Shown: piece after piece, positions 61,686-64,000 of the stretch | Position numbering within the stretch: the stretch's first letter is position 1 | How the letters are laid out: each line of letters starts with the position of its first letter | Source of the DNA: Aulosira sp. ZfuVER01 | GTDB lineage: Bacteria > Cyanobacteriota > Cyanobacteriia > Cyanobacteriales > Nostocaceae | Reading direction: 5' to 3' | NCBI GenBank assembly: GCA_034530615.2 | Contig: JAVRCV020000015.1 | Coordinates: 64,001 to 128,000 of the forward strand | Length of the DNA stretch: 64,000 bases | Position numbers and translations under genes: made by a program | The notes under the pieces: generated by a model | Seen by the model: only the letters and a program-made list of their open reading frames with translations | Told to the model about the DNA's origin: nothing | Database searches by the model: none

Positions 61686-61978
61686 GGGTGTTGCTTGCTG
61701 GACTGAGCGGGCGATCAATAAAACAAATTGTTACTTATTTTTGTTCAGTTTATGCGGTATTACCATTTTGCTAGAGGAGAATTTCTTGGTAAAACAGCAT
61801 ACCTTTTTTAAGGCTAGTTTTGTAAACCTGAGTGAGATATTACTAAGCACAAGCCTTAAGTTGTTTGGGCTTAAGTTAGCAGTGAGATCGAGAGCGTTTC
61901 TACTTTATATCCTAAATTTGGCGATAATGTATTTAACTACCTCCAGAGTTTCAAAGTTTTCTTTGAATAACAAAGTTT

Positions 61979-62776
61979 TCACGGAAATTTAAATTCCCAC
62001 TCCGACAATTGGGTGATGCCATTTGCGTATGTGAGATTGTATTGTAATGGCGTTATACTAATGTAGTTTTTACGGATAACATGCACGTCAATGGGTATGT
62101 TTTGAGGCAAGTTGAAGCCTTCTGGCGGTTCTACATCCTCAAGCACTTCACCCGTTAACCAGTAGTAGGTTTTACCACGAGGATCGACTCGCTTGTCAAA
62201 AACATCAACGTAGCGCCGCACTCCCTGACGAGTGATTGTGACTCCAGCAATTTCTTCCCACTGTACAGGGGGAATATTGACATTGAGTAACATCAACTCT
62301 GGCAGGGGTTTGGCTGCCAATTGTGCTACTAGAATTTGGGCAAAGCGAGCAGCAGCTTGAAAGTCTTTAGATGTATGACTGGCAAGACTCAAGGCGACAC
62401 TGGGAAGGCCTTCAATTATACCTTCCATCGCAGCAGACACCGTTCCGGAATAAAGAATTTCCGTCCCTAAATTGGCTCCTTGGTTAATGCCAGAAAGTAC
62501 TAATTCAGGTGGTGAATCTAACAAAGCCCAAAGTGCCAATTTCACACAGTCTGATGGTGTGCCATCGCAAGCCCAAGCTTTGACTGCTGGGTGAAAAATG
62601 GACTCGACAATTTCTGCGCGAATTGGTTGGTGTAAGGTTAATCCATGTCCAGTTGCCGATCGCTCTCGATCTGGGCAAACTACGGTCACATCATGACCTG
62701 CCTCTGCCAAGCTGTTGGCTAAGGTACGAATACCCAAGGCAGAAACTCCGTCATCATTGCTAATGAGTAATTTCAT
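61979..62776 (-). CDS. surE: 5'/3'-nucleotidase SurE
   Basis: [40 protein letters not shown]. Confidence 0.97.
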   Translation of the reverse strand: MKLLISNDDGVSALGIRTLANSLAEAGHDVTVVCPDRERSATGHGLTLHQPIRAEIVESIFHPAVKAWACDGTPSDCVKLALWALLDSPPELVLSGINQGANLGTEILYSGTVSAAMEGIIEGLPSVALSLASHTSKDFQAAARFAQILVAQLAAKPLPELMLLNVNIPPVQWEEIAGVTITRQGVRRYVDVFDKRVDPRGKTYYWLTGEVLEDVEPPEGFNLPQNIPIDVHVIRKNYISITPLQYNLTYANGITQLSEWEFKFP

Positions 62777-63032
62777 CGTTATTGGTCATTAGTCATTGGT
62801 CATTAGTCATTAGTTATTTGATATTAGACATTTGTCAATGTCTGGTGTCACAAGCATCAGGCAAAAAAAACATCCTCACACACCTAATCACCTCTAAACT
62901 GGTAAACAGAGGTTTGGTTCGCCCTAGCCTTTGGCCTGTTAAGGTCATATTACTAAGCTCATTGGTGATTTGTTCTTAGTTCTAGAATTAATGACAAATG
63001 ACGAATGACAAATGACTAATGATTAATAACTA

Positions 63033-64000
63033 ATGACTAGCAATTTAGAGGCTCAACTTTTAGCACTACGGCAGGAAGGAGAAAAAGCGATCGCAGCCGC
63101 TGATACCTTGGAACGCCTGGAAGAACTCAGAGTTAATTATCTGGGTAAAAAAGGTCAACTTGGGGCACTGTTGCGAAGTATGGGGCAAATGAGTGCAGAG
63201 GAACGCCCAAAAATTGGGGCGATCGCCAATACTGTTAAAGAATCCTTACAAAATAGTTTAGACAAGCAGCGCACTGCCCTAGAAACTGCTCAAATTCAAG
63301 CCCAGTTAGAGGCTGAAACTCTGGATGTGACTATGCCGGGAATTTACAGCCCCCAAGGTCGCATTCATCCTCTAAATGGCATTATTGACCGGGCGCTGGA
63401 TATCTTTGTCGGTATGGGCTACACCGTGGCTCAAGGGCCAGAGATGGAAACAGATTACTACAATTTTGAGGCGCTGAATACTCCACCTGACCACCCAGCC
63501 CGTGATATGCAGGATACCTTCTACCTGCCAGATGGCAATCTCCTCCGGACTCATACATCTTCAGTGCAAATCCGTTACATGGAAACTGAGGAACCACCAA
63601 TTCGAGTGGTTGCACCAGGGCGAGTTTACCGTCGAGATAACGTAGATGCTACTCATTCGGCAGTTTTTCATCAAATAGAACTTTTAGCCATTGATGAGGG
63701 ACTAACATTTACAGACCTCAAGGGCGCGATTAAGGTATTTTTGCAAGCTATGTTTGGCGATTTGCCAATTCGCTTCCGTGCTAGTTATTTTCCATTTACA
63801 GAACCATCAGCGGAAGTTGATTTGCAATGGAATGGTCGCTGGCTGGAGGTGATGGGTTGCGGTATGGTCGATCCTAATGTGTTGAAATCTGTTGGTTATG
63901 ACCCAGAAGTTTATACTGGGTTTGCTGCTGGTTTCGGTGTGGAACGCTTTGCGATGGTTCTGCACCAAATCGATGATATTCGTCGCTTGTACGCCAGCGA
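63033..64000 (+). CDS. pheS: Phenylalanine-tRNA ligase alpha subunit, 3'-truncated by window edge
   Basis: MTSNLEAQL...YLGKKG...GRIHPL...[19 protein letters not shown]...LRTHTSSVQ...[10 protein letters not shown]...YFPFTEPS...GCGMV...GFGVER. Missing from the ORF track because no stop falls in the window. Confidence 0.97.
   Translation, partial: MTSNLEAQLLALRQEGEKAIAAADTLERLEELRVNYLGKKGQLGALLRSMGQMSAEERPKIGAIANTVKESLQNSLDKQRTALETAQIQAQLEAETLDVTMPGIYSPQGRIHPLNGIIDRALDIFVGMGYTVAQGPEMETDYYNFEALNTPPDHPARDMQDTFYLPDGNLLRTHTSSVQIRYMETEEPPIRVVAPGRVYRRDNVDATHSAVFHQIELLAIDEGLTFTDLKGAIKVFLQAMFGDLPIRFRASYFPFTEPSAEVDLQWNGRWLEVMGCGMVDPNVLKSVGYDPEVYTGFAAGFGVERFAMVLHQIDDIRRLYAS

Noticed and set aside
61609..61992. 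127-aa plus-strand ORF between surE and the MBL gene
   Set aside because: Antisense to the operon, overlaps both neighbours, no motif.
1..64000. Very frequent GCGATCGC and heptamer tandem repeats as a novel signal
   Set aside because: These are the known HIP1 and STRR features of cyanobacterial genomes.

Overview
Chromosomal window from a heterocyst-forming-type cyanobacterium (Nostocales-like). This assignment rests on abundant HIP1 GCGATCGC sites, heptamer STRR repeats and the genes ndhB, chlB, raf1 and ycf37. The housekeeping backbone is ndhB, an RRM rbp, topA, aroQ, menG/ubiE, raf1, a UvrD-like helicase, rpmI-rplT, chlB, secA, moxR, ribF, surE and a partial pheS. Accessory DNA is interspersed: a DUF6745 two-gene module, two GT-C glycosyltransferases, a TetR carrying an IS1 InsA-like zinc ribbon opposite a Rieske oxygenase, a copper amine oxidase, and a Dam-like methyltransferase followed by a decayed DpnII-like endonuclease. 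Also present are two type II toxin-antitoxin loci (one with a frameshifted toxin), Uma2 genes and a remnant, a 1802-aa Ser/Thr kinase-AAA-GAF-His kinase, and a small protein paired with a CHAT protease-STAND NTPase-TPR gene followed by a 21-bp tandem array. The strongest leads are that small protein/CHAT-STAND-TPR pair, an unannotated ~335-nt highly base-paired element upstream of ribF, a 41-bp duplicate of the chlB 3' region bracketing a 7.7-kb accessory block, and the DUF6745 module. All product calls come from motif recognition by eye; no searches were run.
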